Of a DNA stretch of 64,000 nucleotides, positions 27,190 to 39,009 are shown in pieces. The DNA is from Octopus vulgaris (lineage: Eukaryota). Numbering within the stretch: the first letter of the stretch is position 1; each line of letters opens with the position of its first letter. The translations under genes and the position numbers were made by a program. The stretch covers positions 70,432,001 to 70,496,000 of the forward strand of contig OX597819.1 of assembly GCA_951406725.2 (NCBI GenBank), given 5' to 3'. A model generated the notes under the pieces. It was not told the DNA's origin and did no database searches. It worked only from the letters and a program-made list of their open reading frames with translations.

Positions 27190-27465
27190 GTGTGTGTATA
27201 TATATATATATATAATGTGTGTGTATATATATATATAATGTGTGTATATATATAATGTGTGTATATATATATATAAATATATATATATACACACACATAT
27301 ATATATACATATACATATATAAGGTATGTATCCAACTTAACATAGATGCCTTGTTAAAACACCAAATACTGCATTATTAGTGTTGAGAGATCCTCTCTTA
27401 CAGGTGCTTGCTGCGTAAAAGTGTACGCGCGTGCACACGCACACACAGATTGTAGCAGACGAGAA

Positions 27466-27511
27466 TTCCCATATCACATGATTTCGGTCTACTGGATTTC
27501 ATCAGTAGGAA
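27466..27511 (-). ncRNA. Minimal type I hammerhead ribozyme motif (Penelope-like), weak stem II
   Basis: Minus strand: TTCCTA-CTGATGA-aatccagtagacc-GAAA-TCATGTGA-TA-TGGGAA. Stem I has 6 bp (TTCCTA/TGGGAA), both core boxes are intact, stem III is near-palindromic. Confidence 0.6.
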
Positions 27512-27558
27512 GTGCTGTCACTGCATGCCAGTCACATCTTGCTGCCATGATATATTTT

Positions 27559-28817
27559 TGGATCATCCCATAAATAATGCTGTTTTTTTTATACTTCTTT
27601 TATTTTTCAGAATTAAGATAAACAAAGTTCTTTTTTAATCCAAGATATACTCTCCTTCGTGTTTTACAATGCTCTTCCATCTATCTGGTAAACTTGCAAG
27701 GCTCCTCTTCCAAAATTTACTTGTCTGTGATGAAAAATGCTCCTTCAACACTATTCTGACCTTATCTACAGAATTCATATTTTTTCCGTCCAAATGATTT
27801 TGAAGACTGCAGATAATCAGATGGGGCAATATCCAATGAATATGGTAGGTGGGGCATTGTTTCCCATTCAAACTTCTCCAGCCTTTGGAATCTCATCCTT
27901 GCTGTATGTGACCGAGCATTATCCTGATGGAAGGGCACTTTTCGTCTTGAAATCAAAGATGGTCATTTTTCTTCCAGCGCTGACTTAAGCCACTCAAGCT
28001 GTTTGCAGTAGATCTCCTTTGTTATTGTTTGGTTTAGGTTTAAAAGATCATAGTGGTCTAAACCTTTCTTATCCCACCAAACAGATAAGACCTTATGTGG
28101 GTGAAGACTTTTAGCCTGGGGTGCCAGTGTTTCTCCTTACCCTGCTCACTGTCTCTGGCGCTTGACATTTTTATAGAGAACCCATTTCTCATCACCAGTC
28201 ACTTTTCAGTCCAAAAAAGGTTCATTCGTGAGACGTGACAGTAAAAGAGAGCACACATTCACTCTTTGCACTCGATTAGACTTGGAAAGTTTGTGGGGAA
28301 CACATTGACCCAATTTGCTGACTTTTCTGATGGAACGCAGGTGTCGATGAATGGTTGAATGACCAAATTCAAGCTTCTCTTCTAGTTCCTCAACAGTTAC
28401 GATGGGAATTTGTTCCAGTAGATTTTGCAAGATGTCCTTGTCAAGCTCTACAGATCTTTCAGTCTTCCAGGCAGTAGTTTCTGATTCAGAATTTCTGGAA
28501 CCATCATTGACACTGGCTTATGCTTATTTTCCAATCCCTATATATTGCATTAATATTCCTTGCACTTTCCGTTGCGTTGTTGTCTTTATTGAACTCATAA
28601 AGCAAAATATGCTGAATATGCTCCTTTGTCACTTTCATTATAGCTTTGAAAAAATAGCCGTTAAAATCGAACTGCACTCTTCAAAACTTGCACTAAGAAT
28701 AAGTACAAGGTAAAGTTAATACCTGTAATACCTGTAAGTCGATGCAAGTAGTTTATCCCATCCCCCTCCAACTTTTAGTTCATGCAATTGAAAACAACTG
28801 CATTATTTATGGGATGA

Positions 28818-28821
<4 letters not shown>
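27559..28821 (-). mobile_element. Mariner DNA transposon, full length, inactivated
   Basis: ~30-bp TIRs GATCATCCCATAAATAATGCTGTT / AACTGCATTATTTATGGGATGACC-TA; ~1.26 kb long. Confidence 0.93.
27635..28638 (-). pseudogene. Mariner transposase pseudogene (multiple frameshifts/stops)
   Basis: ATG at 28638 gives MKVTKEHIQHILLYEFNKDNNATESARNIN; then GQCVPHKL (WVPHEL motif), TGDEKWVLY, FHQDNARSH, HLPYSLDIAPSDY (YSPDLAP motif), LPDRWKSIVKHEGEYILD, spread across frames. Confidence 0.93.
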
Positions 28822-28867
<46 letters not shown>

Positions 28868-28949
28868 TATTATTAATAGTTAGGGAATGTAATAATTCCA
28901 AGCTATCAGGGAAAAAAATTTCAATTTAGCACACTAAATCAAAATTCAC

Positions 28950-28998
<49 letters not shown>

Positions 28999-29702
28999 AG
29001 AGACAAACCGCTTTGTAGTTATTCCATCAACAGTGAAAAGATATTATCTATAATAACCACATAGAAATTAATTAAATATCTGATAATTATTATTCTAAAA
29101 ATCTCATAACAAATCAAACATTTTAATGTTTGATTTCAGTCTACTGGATTTCTTCAGTCAAATCTTGCTGCTATGATATATTGAATACCAGCATGTTATA
29201 TATATACACACACACATATCTGTAAATAAAATGGAATGAAGAGGTAGTTGAGTACCACAGCAGTTTCTGAAGCATGTCTTGAATCTGTCAGTGTGACTTA
29301 CATCAGGTAGATACAACTGTTAACTTGAAAATAGTCCACCGTAATGGAGAATACATTCTTCATTATGGTGAACTATTTTCAATTAAACAGTCATATGTAT
29401 CAGGAAAAAGTACACTAGACAGCTACAAGACATCAGTTGCATCAAAATACCTCATCCATCACTTCCATCATATTATAAACAATGTTTGTTGCTTTTGAAT
29501 GGAGTTGTATAGCACCTGTCTTCTTATCAGAAATGTCTGTCTAATCTTGATATAGGATGAATGGTATTTGATGCATTGATAAATGGATTCTAAGGATCAG
29601 TCATTGAGTTAGGTGTATTTTTTATAAGTCACGTTCAAGCTAAAGAGAAACCAGCTGTATTTTACCACAATCATTTGATTGATCCTACTACATTATACAT
29701 TA

Positions 29703-30024
29703 CTGAGACCCCACTTCAGTCATGACTGACCTAGGGATTGCACCTCCCAGGTACAAGTTTGGGCAAGTTTGTTTGTGGAAGGCCAGCAGTCGCTCATGCA
29801 TATCAGCCTCCTCTCTCCATGCCACCAGTTTTATCCAAGGGAAAGGCAAAGGCCGATACAGCTTGGCACCTGTGACCTCGCAACTCATTTCTACAACTGA
29901 GTGAACTAGAGCAACGTGAAATAAAGTGTCTTGCTCAAGAAAACAACATGCAGCCTGGGATTTGAATTCACAACCTCACGATTGTAAGCTCGACACTCTA
30001 ACCACTGAGCCATACGCCTTCACT
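29703..30024 (-). mobile_element. tRNA-derived SINE family C with CORE-like central block
   Basis: Minus strand: A-box TGGCTCAGTGG, B-box-like GAATTCAAATCCC, then TTGAGCAAGACACTTTATTTCAC...CACTCAGTTGTAGAAATGAG. Second copy 36178-36520 (+), partial copy 25425-25557 (-). Confidence 0.8.
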
Positions 30025-30064
30025 ACATTATACATACATACATGCATTATATATATATAATCAC

Positions 30065-30285
30065 AAGCATGGCTGTGTGGTAAGTTTGTCTCTTGACCCC
30101 ATGGTTCTGGGCTCAGCATCATTGCATGGCACCTTGGGCAAGTGTTTTCTACTATAGCCTGAGGCCAGCCAAAACCTTGTGAGTGGATTTGGTAAACAGG
30201 AACTGAAAGAAGCTCATCACATCCGTCTGTCTGTCTAACTGACTGTCTGTCTATCTAATTATCTATTTATCCATTTATCTATCTA

Positions 30286-30370
<85 letters not shown>

Positions 30371-30575
30371 TTATCTATCTATGTGTGTGGTTGTCTCTCA
30401 TTGTCGCTTGACAACCAGTGTTGGTGTGTTTAAGTCCCGTAACTTAGCAGTTTGGCAAAAGAGGGAAATAAAATAAGTACCAGACTTGAAAAAAATAAGT
30501 CCCGGGGTCAATTCGTCTTCAAGGTGGTACACCAGCATGAGCACAGTCTAATGACTGCAACACGTAAATGAATAA
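30065..30575 (+). mobile_element. SINE family A with expanded internal (GTCT)n
   Basis: 5' and 3' halves match 62546-62945 on either side of the microsatellite. Confidence 0.8.
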
Positions 30576-30717
30576 ATGGAATATATATATAAACTGGCTG
30601 TTAAAATTTGTTGAGTATAAGGTGGACATGAAGTTCAAGGAAAGATAAGCAGATTTGGAAAACTAAGCTATTTTAAGAGATTTTCTTTTCCTTTTTTCTT
30701 TTTTTTATCCTGTAGCC

Positions 30718-30771
30718 ATGAGTTTAGGTGTTTTGGCTGCTGTAAAACTTGAACAGATGAGAGTCATAAAG
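30718..30771 (+). CDS. Candidate first coding exon of the clathrin-heavy-chain-like gene (MSLGVLAAVKLEQMRVIK)
   Basis: Long polypyrimidine tract, then TGTAG|CCATG, 18 open codons and a phase-0 donor AAG|GTTTAT (weak). It would splice in frame to 33127 and is similar in size to the short first exon of clathrin heavy chain (MAQILPIRFQEHLQ). Confidence 0.4.
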
Positions 30772-32419
30772 GTTTATCTTATACCAACAATCTCATTCAT
30801 AAAAAGCACATGATGTTTATGGATAAACTTCCAGTGAGTTAATGTGTTGTCAGACTAGTTGTGCAGAACTAATAGCATTGCATAATACACACACACACAA
30901 ACACACACATGCATGCATGCATGCGCGTGCACACACACACATATCTGTACACACACATATCTACACAAACCAAAGTTATATTTTACCTAAATCTTTCTAA
31001 AAACAGTTTTGGTTTGGTTGCTAAGGAAACTGGAATAATACCAACAAATTTAGAAATGGTAATTTGCTTGTTATCTTTATGTATATATTTCTTTTTTACA
31101 TCATCAACAATAACAACAACAATTTCAGCAATAATAGATCAAAAGGAAAATAACAATAGAAATAAAGCATTATTTCCTCATAGCACATGTTCTTGAAGGT
31201 GAAAAATCTACCCCTGTCGGGGTGGAACTTTATGTAGTCTGGGAAAGAGCTATTTTCACATTTATTATGCTCACATCTGATGTCTGGTCTGTCAGCGACT
31301 TATTTCAGTCAGATTAACAATGATTGCATTTATATTTTTTTAATTTTTACTTTTTTATTCTGTTTATCTTGCATAAAAAAATAAAAAGAGGCAGTGCATG
31401 AGTGAGCTGTGACAGTGGCTGGATACACCCTAGACAACAATGTGGTGTGAATAAATGATGGAAGGAAAACAATACTCTGTGTTAGTAAAGATCTGTAGTG
31501 AGATTGTTGGATGGTTGATGTGAAAACATTAGACCTTATGACAGAGAATCAAAGTGGTTTAGTGACAGCAGAGCTCTGAATCTGGGGAGATTGTTGGTCT
31601 ATTGGTTTTGAAATTTAGACCTCATAGAAAAGATGACAATGTATTAAGACAGTCAATGATATGTCACAGCAGCATACCAACAGACCTATTTAACCTATGA
31701 CAGCCTGCAAAATAAACATTAAAACAATGGTAATGAAATCAAAGGATTCAAAGCAGAATTTAAAAGGAAAGGTGATGAACATTAACCCCCCCCCCACTTT
31801 TCTTTTTTCTTTACTTTGGCTGAGTTATATTAAATTTAATTTTGACTCTGAAAGCTCTGTGTCTCTATTCTCTTGAATGCTGAAGAGAGATATTATCAAT
31901 TAAATATGGAAAACCTTGGAGGGGCATGTTCAAAACTTCAGCATTAGAGAGAATTTTAATGTACCAACTGGTAGATATTGTCACCTTCTGCATATACCAT
32001 CTTCAAAATCATGAGCAAAAGTACGCTATTGTACCAGTCTGATATTTAGAGATCCTCACTTGTTCAACTGCCTTTCTGAAAAAATCAGAAATATAAAAAA
32101 AGGACTGATACATTTTAAAATAAATTCCTAACAATACATCCAGACCTGCTAACCATTCAAGGATACACTCAGAGAAGATCAGCATGCTGCAAATTCAAAG
32201 TCATAAAACGACAAAGAAAATAAATTAAGGTGGTGCTCCAGCATGGCTGCTATCCATCAACTGTTTCCATTAAAAGAACATATGGTCTATTAAATTATTA
32301 TCAGTTAAACTCACCAACTTGATGGGTGTTGCTGTTGTTTAGTGCTAGGTTGGCCATAAATGAGTAATCTGTGATTGAAGGTGTTCCAGCTGTAATCATC
32401 CTGTCTTTCTTTCCATCAT

Positions 32420-32790
32420 CATCATCATCAAATTTTTACAGTTGATTGCCCTTGCTAATGCCAACTGCTTTACAGAATATATTAGATACTTTTTATGTGG
32501 TACCATCATCATTTCTTTTTACATGGCACCATCACCAGTGCTTTTCATGTAGCCTCATCACCAGTACTTTTTATGTGGCACCATCACCAATTCTTTTTAC
32601 ATGGCATCATCACCAGTTCTTTTTTACATGGCACCTACCACAGTGCTCTTTATGTGACCATGTGGCCCATTCACCAGTGTTTTTCATGTGGCCCATTCAT
32701 CAGTGCTTTTCATGTAGCACCAGCCCTAGTGCTTTTTACGTGGCACCAGCACCAACAGGATCACCCTGTACCTTGCATGACAAAACCCTC
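32420..32790 (-). mobile_element. Decayed RTE 3'-UTR copy with ~10 x 26-bp internal minisatellite
   Basis: Unit CAGTGCTTTTTATGTGGCACCATCAC repeated over about 32487-32755; (CAT)n at the left end. Confidence 0.7.
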
Positions 32791-33126
32791 TCAACAGAGA
32801 GGGAGGAAGGGTTAGGGTTAGGTTTTGTGGAAGACCTTAGGAATCCAAAGTGTTTTCTTAAGACGGAAGGTTGATATTTGAGGGAGATTTGGTTGCTATT
32901 TCTGACCAGTTAAGTGTCAACACTGAAGCTATCACACTGGTTCATAACTTGTTACTTTTATCACTCCAGTGTAATTGCATGGATTCTGAACATTATCTAG
33001 TTTACTGATATAACATCATCAGTAATCTCTTTAAGTACTTAATTACTTTCAGATATTTTATTTATTTATTTTTTAATCATTTTTTCAAATATATTTTATT
33101 TGGGTTTTTTTTTCTTTCTTTTACAG

Positions 33127-33237
33127 CTTAGAAACTTTGGAATACCAGCCGACCAAGTGACCTGGTCACGTGTCACCATGATTTCTGATCAGTGGATTGC
33201 AGTACGGCATGATGGCCGAGACAGAAAAATGTCCAAT
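33127..33237 (+). CDS. Internal coding exon homologous to the clathrin heavy chain N-terminal beta-propeller (divergent)
   Basis: Strong acceptor (T-rich tract, TTTTACAG|) and consensus donor |GTAAGT; 111 nt, phase 0-0. Translates as LRNFGIPADQVTWSRVTMISDQWIAVRHDGRDRKMSN, aligning without gaps to clathrin heavy chain [28 protein letters not shown] (11 of 28 identical by eye, sequence recalled from memory). Confidence 0.8.
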
Positions 33238-33612
33238 GTAAGTGAAATACATACAATGTGTGTGTGTGTGTGAGTGTGTAGCTTGAGACAATCATTGACA
33301 CTGCAAGTGATGTGCTATGCTGCAGAAAATAGCTTCATTTTACAAAATTATATTTGTAATAGTGCAGGCATGGCTGTGTGGTTAAGGCGATCACTTTGCA
33401 ACCAAGTGGTTCTGGGTTCAGTCCCACTGCCAGCATCTTGTTCAAGTTGTTTGGCTGTATGCTTAGAAGTTTGCTTCCCATAGCCAACTGTATGGTGTGT
33501 GTATGAATATGTATATACAATTACATTTTCTTATAAAGTATGTTCTTAAATATAATTCACAATATAAGGGCTGTATTAAGAAATGCTCATTGTGAGCTAA
33601 ATCAAAGGGTAA

Positions 33613-35832
33613 GAGAAATTATAGAAGGAACATCCAGGCAATCAATACAATTTCCAAAGCATAATTTAAAGCACACAATGATATAAAGATAGATATAAAT
33701 TTATATAAATAAATGAGTAGAATTACATGTTTTAAAAGTCATATGTGAAACCTATGCATCATGTACGTTGGGTTCACATACTGAATGGAGTAGTGACAAA
33801 TAAAGAGACAAAAATCCAAGGTAAAGGATTCCAAAAGGAATCGTTCAAATCAGTTAAGTATTTGATGTTTATATGAGTTATCGGATGAGAGTTGAAAATT
33901 TAAGAATTCAGAGGTAAATAGATTTGATAAATATTATTACATTAGATAAATATACAAACTCGGGGTTAAAGGATATCATCTATGGCCGTTTCAGGGGTAC
34001 ATTAAATGTATAAATGGCGTTTTAAGTATTCCATATACGAAAACATCCAAGGGAAAGGCAGAGGCCAGTACAGCTTGGGATCGGTGTGTCATAGGAGTAT
34101 CAGAATAAGGTTGAGTACAACTTCAAACTACCTTCAGGACTCCAGCTCTGGATTTCTCCTCAGGGTTTTCTCCTCAAGCCTTAGATGGGTTGCCTTCTGG
34201 GACTAATGGGTCCCATCTACCCGAAGCACTGATTTTGGGGTGCCAGTAACTCGCCCTTGCCACTTCTCCTGTCAGTAGTAACAGTTCCACATAATAGGCC
34301 ACATGAGAAAGCCAGGAGTTGGACTTGGCTGTCAGAGGCTCTTTGAGACGCATGCCATAAGGGAATTTTTTTAGGTAGTGGGAGCTTATCTCCACCCCAC
34401 ACCTTGGCTTGACAACCTTGGGAACCAGTTACAAGAGAAATGTAGGGAACAGAACCAACCTCTCTACATTGCATTAATTGACTTGATGAAGACAATCGAC
34501 ATGGTGAATAGGAATGGGTTGTTCCAAGTTGTTGGGAAGATTGGGTATTCTCCTCAACTGCCCCGCATCCTTGAGTCTTTCCATTTGTACATGAAGGCCA
34601 CAGTACAATTCAACGGAAACACCTCAAAACCCTTTGACGTTCAACCTGGGGTAAAACAGGAATACGTGCTTGCTCCTATCCTGTTCAACATCTACTTTGC
34701 TGTTATGCTGAAGTATGCATTTGGTATGCAAAATGACGGTGTTTGCCTCCACACAGGCTCAGACAGTAAACTATTCAATCTGACAAGCTCAATGTTAAGA
34801 CCAAAATCCACAGGATTTATGTATGAGAGATACTGTTTGCCGATGATGCGGCTCTTGTAGCTCATTCAGAACTGAAACTGCAAACAATGATGGACAATCC
34901 CAACTGGGTGTGCTGTGCCTTCAGCTTAACAATCATCCAACAGAATCCCTCCATCATTACCATCGACAACCACTCAACCTTGGCTCAACAATTACAAATG
35001 GCCTCACACTTGACCAAGAGCTGAACAAGAGAATTGGTTTAGCAGCTTCGACCGTTGCCAGACTAGCTAAAAAAAATGTGGTTAAATGGCAAGCTGACTA
35101 GATCCACCAAATTCACAGTCTATAAAGTATGTGTTCTCAGTACCTTGCTACACAGCAGTGAGACCTGGTGCCTTTCCGCCAGACAAGAGCACTGCCTGAA
35201 TACCTTCCATCTGCACAACCTTCAGAGTATTCTTGGGGTCAAGTGGACATCAGCAACACCATCTCTGCTGGCTGGGGCACATGCACCAGATGCCTGATGG
35301 GAAGTTACTGAGAGATATACTGTATTGGGAGCTAACTTCCAGCAGATGTGCTTGCAGACGACCACATCTCCATTTCAAGTATGTGTGCAGATGTGGCATG
35401 GAAGCCATGAGTATGACTACCAAAACCTGGGAGAACATGGCAAAAGACCATTCCTGCTGGAGACAGATGCTGAGTACCATCCTGAGGGAAGTAGAAGATT
35501 ACATACATCAGACAGTAGAGAACAGATGGAGACACAGGAAGACCAAACCACCAACAAACGACCAGCTGGCCAACCACATTTGCGACCATTGCAGCTGTGA
35601 CTGTCACTCACACATTGGCCTTGTCAGTCACAAGAGATGCTGCAATACCAATCCAATCCAATCCAATCCAAGGCGCAGATCCATAGTCTTTTGAGACTAA
35701 CGGATGCCAATCATACAAAAACATAATGCCCCCCTCATTAGGATGGTTCCCTGATTTATTTCGTTGTGTACTTTAAATTATGTTTTGGAATTTGTATTGA
35801 TTGCCTAGATGTGTTCCTTCTATAATTAATTT
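33613..35832 (-). mobile_element. Penelope-like non-autonomous element (inverted ends plus hammerhead motif) interrupted by an RTE insertion
   Basis: 33613-33678 is an imperfect inverted repeat of 35764-35832. Removing the RTE insert and one TSD copy restores a hammerhead motif on the minus strand. Confidence 0.6.
34047..35712 (+). mobile_element. Decayed RTE/BovB-like LINE with internal deletion (5' UTR-like segment joined to RT) and 12-bp TSD
   Basis: QLQEKCREQNQPLYIALIDL, GVKQEYVLAPILFNIYF, LFADDAAL (shifted frame), STLLHSSETW, WLGHMHQMPDG, C-terminal CDHCSCDCHSHIGLVSHKRCC finger. TSD ATACGAAAACAT (34035-34046) / ATACAAAAACAT (35713-35724). Confidence 0.88.
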
Positions 35833-35844
35833 CTTTGAATATAA

Positions 35845-35880
<36 letters not shown>

Positions 35881-36177
35881 ATTTTGTGTGTATCTGTGTT
35901 TGTCTGTCACCACTGCTTGACAACAGTGTAGATGTGTTTACATCTCTGCAACTTAGTGGTTTGGCAAAAAAGACTGATTAAATAAGGACCCAGCTTCAAA
36001 AAGAAAATAAGTGCTGGGGATTGATTTGTTTGATTAAATTTTTTTAAGGTAGTGCCCCAACCTGGCCACAGTCTAATGACTGAAGTAAGTAAGCAAAGAA
36101 AAGATACCAACCAATGCCCCATGAGTGAATTTGGTAGAGAATGTATAGAAGCCCATTGTATATATATATATATAAAG

Positions 36178-36520
36178 TGAAGGAGCATGGTTTGGTGGTT
36201 AGAGCATTAAGCTTACAATCGTGAGGTTGTGAGTTTGTTTCCTGGACCGGGCTGCATGTTGTGTTCTTGAGCAAGACAATGTATTTCACATTGCTCCAGT
36301 TCACTCAGCTGTAGAAATGAGTTGCAACATCACTGGTGCCAAGCTGTATCATCCCCCTTTGCCTTTCCCTTGGATAACATCAGTAGCATGGAGAGGGGAG
36401 GCTGATATGCATGGGTTACTGCTGGTCTTCCAGAAACAACCTTGCCCAGACTTGTGCCTCAGAGGGTAACTTTCTAGGTTCAATCCCATGGTCATTCATG
36501 ACCAAGGGTGGGGTCACCCT
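36178..36520 (+). mobile_element. SINE family C, full length
   Basis: Colinear with the reverse complement of 29703-30024. Confidence 0.8.
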
Positions 36521-36777
36521 CACCCACCCTTATATATATACTATTAAAACGAGTTTTGCACTTCAAGATTTTCCACTTGATGTAATTCACCGTCTCTGAA
36601 GAGTATATGTTTAAGACAACCATCAATTTATCTAATTTTACATACATCTGCAATAACCTTCCATAGAGTTTCAAGTTAGGTTTTTACTTTTTAAGTTTGT
36701 ATTATGCCATTAGAAGAATTTCCTGCATTTCTCCCTGAGGCCTTCATCAGAGGAGAGATGTTTTTCTACCTTTAGAC

Positions 36778-38270
36778 TAGTTGTTCTCAACTAATGTCTG
36801 TTTGGCTCCCTGGAGGTCCACATTGAATTTTTTGGGGTACACACGAGCAAAATAGTAAATTGGGTCCACAGTATTATTCCAAGGGTCCATGAGAAAGTTT
36901 TGCTGTCAATGAATTTATTGCAAGAAATAGCTGTGTTTTTTTCCCTAACATTTTACATTGTTCAACCTACACAAGTGAATGTGTGAACAAGATGGGAATT
37001 TTTAAAGCAGTATCTAGAAAACTAATTTATTGTTCTGTCAAATGTAATACTTATATATTCACACTATTTTTAATCCCATGGCAACGGTTTTTATCAGGCA
37101 ACTAGGTTACACTAACGGTAATCATCTCAGCTGAGATCAGCAATTAGCACACAACAACAGTTTGGCATATTTTTATGTCAATGCTTTAAAGCATGCACTG
37201 TTTATTTATGTAAACTGTAATCACTGTGAAGACCATAAATTCAACGAAACTGGCATGGCTGGATGTGACTAAATTTTGTGAAGGACCAGAAGAATTTGCA
37301 GAAGGTTTATGAATTTGATAGGAAGTCATAGTGGAAATGGTAGTGTAACTGCCAAAACTGCTGCTTTTATGCTATTATGGTGAGGAAGTCTTAGACTGAG
37401 TTGGAAATTTTTACATGAAGAGTCTAACAAACCTGTCAGATTCCTTGCATGGTAGCCTCTGTTATCAATTCCAAGAGTGATAGCGAATATTTATTTCAAC
37501 TGGTAGACAAACAGGCAGAAAACTGCATTTGATAGGGCTGCATATATTTTTGTCATCTGATTCAAAGCGAGTACACAGCACATGTAAATTTACGTCAACT
37601 GATGTTGTGGGCTTAATTACCCATGAATTATCTTTTAGCTTTCTCAGTTCAATGATGTGACTGTTTATGTTTAGACATTGTAGGTTAAGTGTGAGCAGTA
37701 GTGTAAAGGGGGGGGCACGTGCCCCAGGTACTGATTGAAGGGAAGGTGCCTCACCAAAAGCAAGAAAGATGAGACATTAAACAATTGTATATTATTTATT
37801 ATATCTCATTTCACACATTAGGTTTTTTAATGTTTCAATCAGGGAAGCTGGTGCATTAAATGGTTAAAATAAGGTGGTTTCTTAAAAGTAAACATTAAAA
37901 AAATAGATTTTGAATTAAAGGCTGTACCAAACCAGCAGGTAAATTAACTCTGGCAAAGTATTTGTTGCTAAAATATTGCTTTAAAATATTAATTACTTGT
38001 AACAAATAAGTACTATAAAATATTGTGGATTTTGTAATTGGTGGTGGCGGGGTCATTTTTGAAGCTTGCACTGGGCACGGTTTACTCTAGCTACGCCACT
38101 GGATGTGAGAGGTCTGATCTGTCAAGTTTGAACATAAAACAGGAAGAATATTTAGACCAGATTTGGCCGGTTTAAATGTTTAAGGGTTAAACATCAGATG
38201 GCGATGGAGTTCCACCGGAATAAAAAAGTAATCATAGGGTCCATTGATAAAAAATGGTTGAGAACCACTG
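36778..38270. mobile_element. Nested DNA transposon remnants: hAT MITE containing a piggyBac-like MITE containing a second hAT MITE (37696-38101)
   Basis: Outer ends TAGTTGTTCTCAAC / GGTTGAGAACCACTG. Middle element ends ...TAAGGGTTAA at ~38190. Inner element ends CAGTAGTGTA / TACGCCACTG with TSD AGTGTGAG / GATGTGAG. Confidence 0.6.
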
Positions 38271-38291
38271 TTTTAGACATTGGAAATTTGT

Positions 38292-38545
38292 ATGCATATG
38301 CACATCTGTGCATATACACATCTGAACATATGCACATCTGAGCATCTACATACTTGAGCATATGCACATCTGAGCATATGCACATTTGAGCATATTCACA
38401 TCTGAGCATATGCACATTTGAGCATATACACATCTGAGCATATGCACATCTGAGCCTATTCACATCTGAGCATATACATATTCGAGCATATAACATCTGA
38501 GCATACACACATTTGAGCATATACACATCTGAGCATATACATACA
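38292..38545. repeat. 16-bp minisatellite GAGCATATGCACATCT, ~15 copies
   Basis: Direct inspection. Confidence 0.9.
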
Positions 38546-38744
38546 CACACCTTTTATGTGTATAGATATGTTTTTGTCATTCCTGTATTTGTATATGTGT
38601 ATATTTATATCATAGATAAAAATTCAAACCTTAGAATCTCCAACCACAAGTGTTCCAGTGTTCAATCAACTGAATTATTAGGTTCATTGAATTAGCATTG
38701 GAAGTTGTTGAGTATTCCACAGATATGTGTACCTTGAATGTGTA

Positions 38745-39009
38745 CAGTTCTATATTTAAAAGATGAGGAATTACATACATTATTTACATTTGATGGATAT
38801 TTGTCCTCATCTTGTTTGTTATTAACACAACGATTCAGCTGATATACCCTTCAGCCTTCATCAGGTGTCTTGGGGAAATTTCGAACCTGGGTTCTCATTC
38901 CTAAGGTATTTTTTGATGTTATTATCATTATTATTTGGGTTACTGCCTGGAATTGAACTCGGAATCTTGGGATTAGTAGCCTATGCTCTTAAAAACTACG
39001 CTATATGCC
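38745..39009 (-). mobile_element. tRNA-headed, hammerhead-containing short retroelement (second copy; core GAAA mutated to GAAT)
   Basis: Reverse complement of 43144-43406 plus the full 3' end; hammerhead at 38824-38869. Confidence 0.75.
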
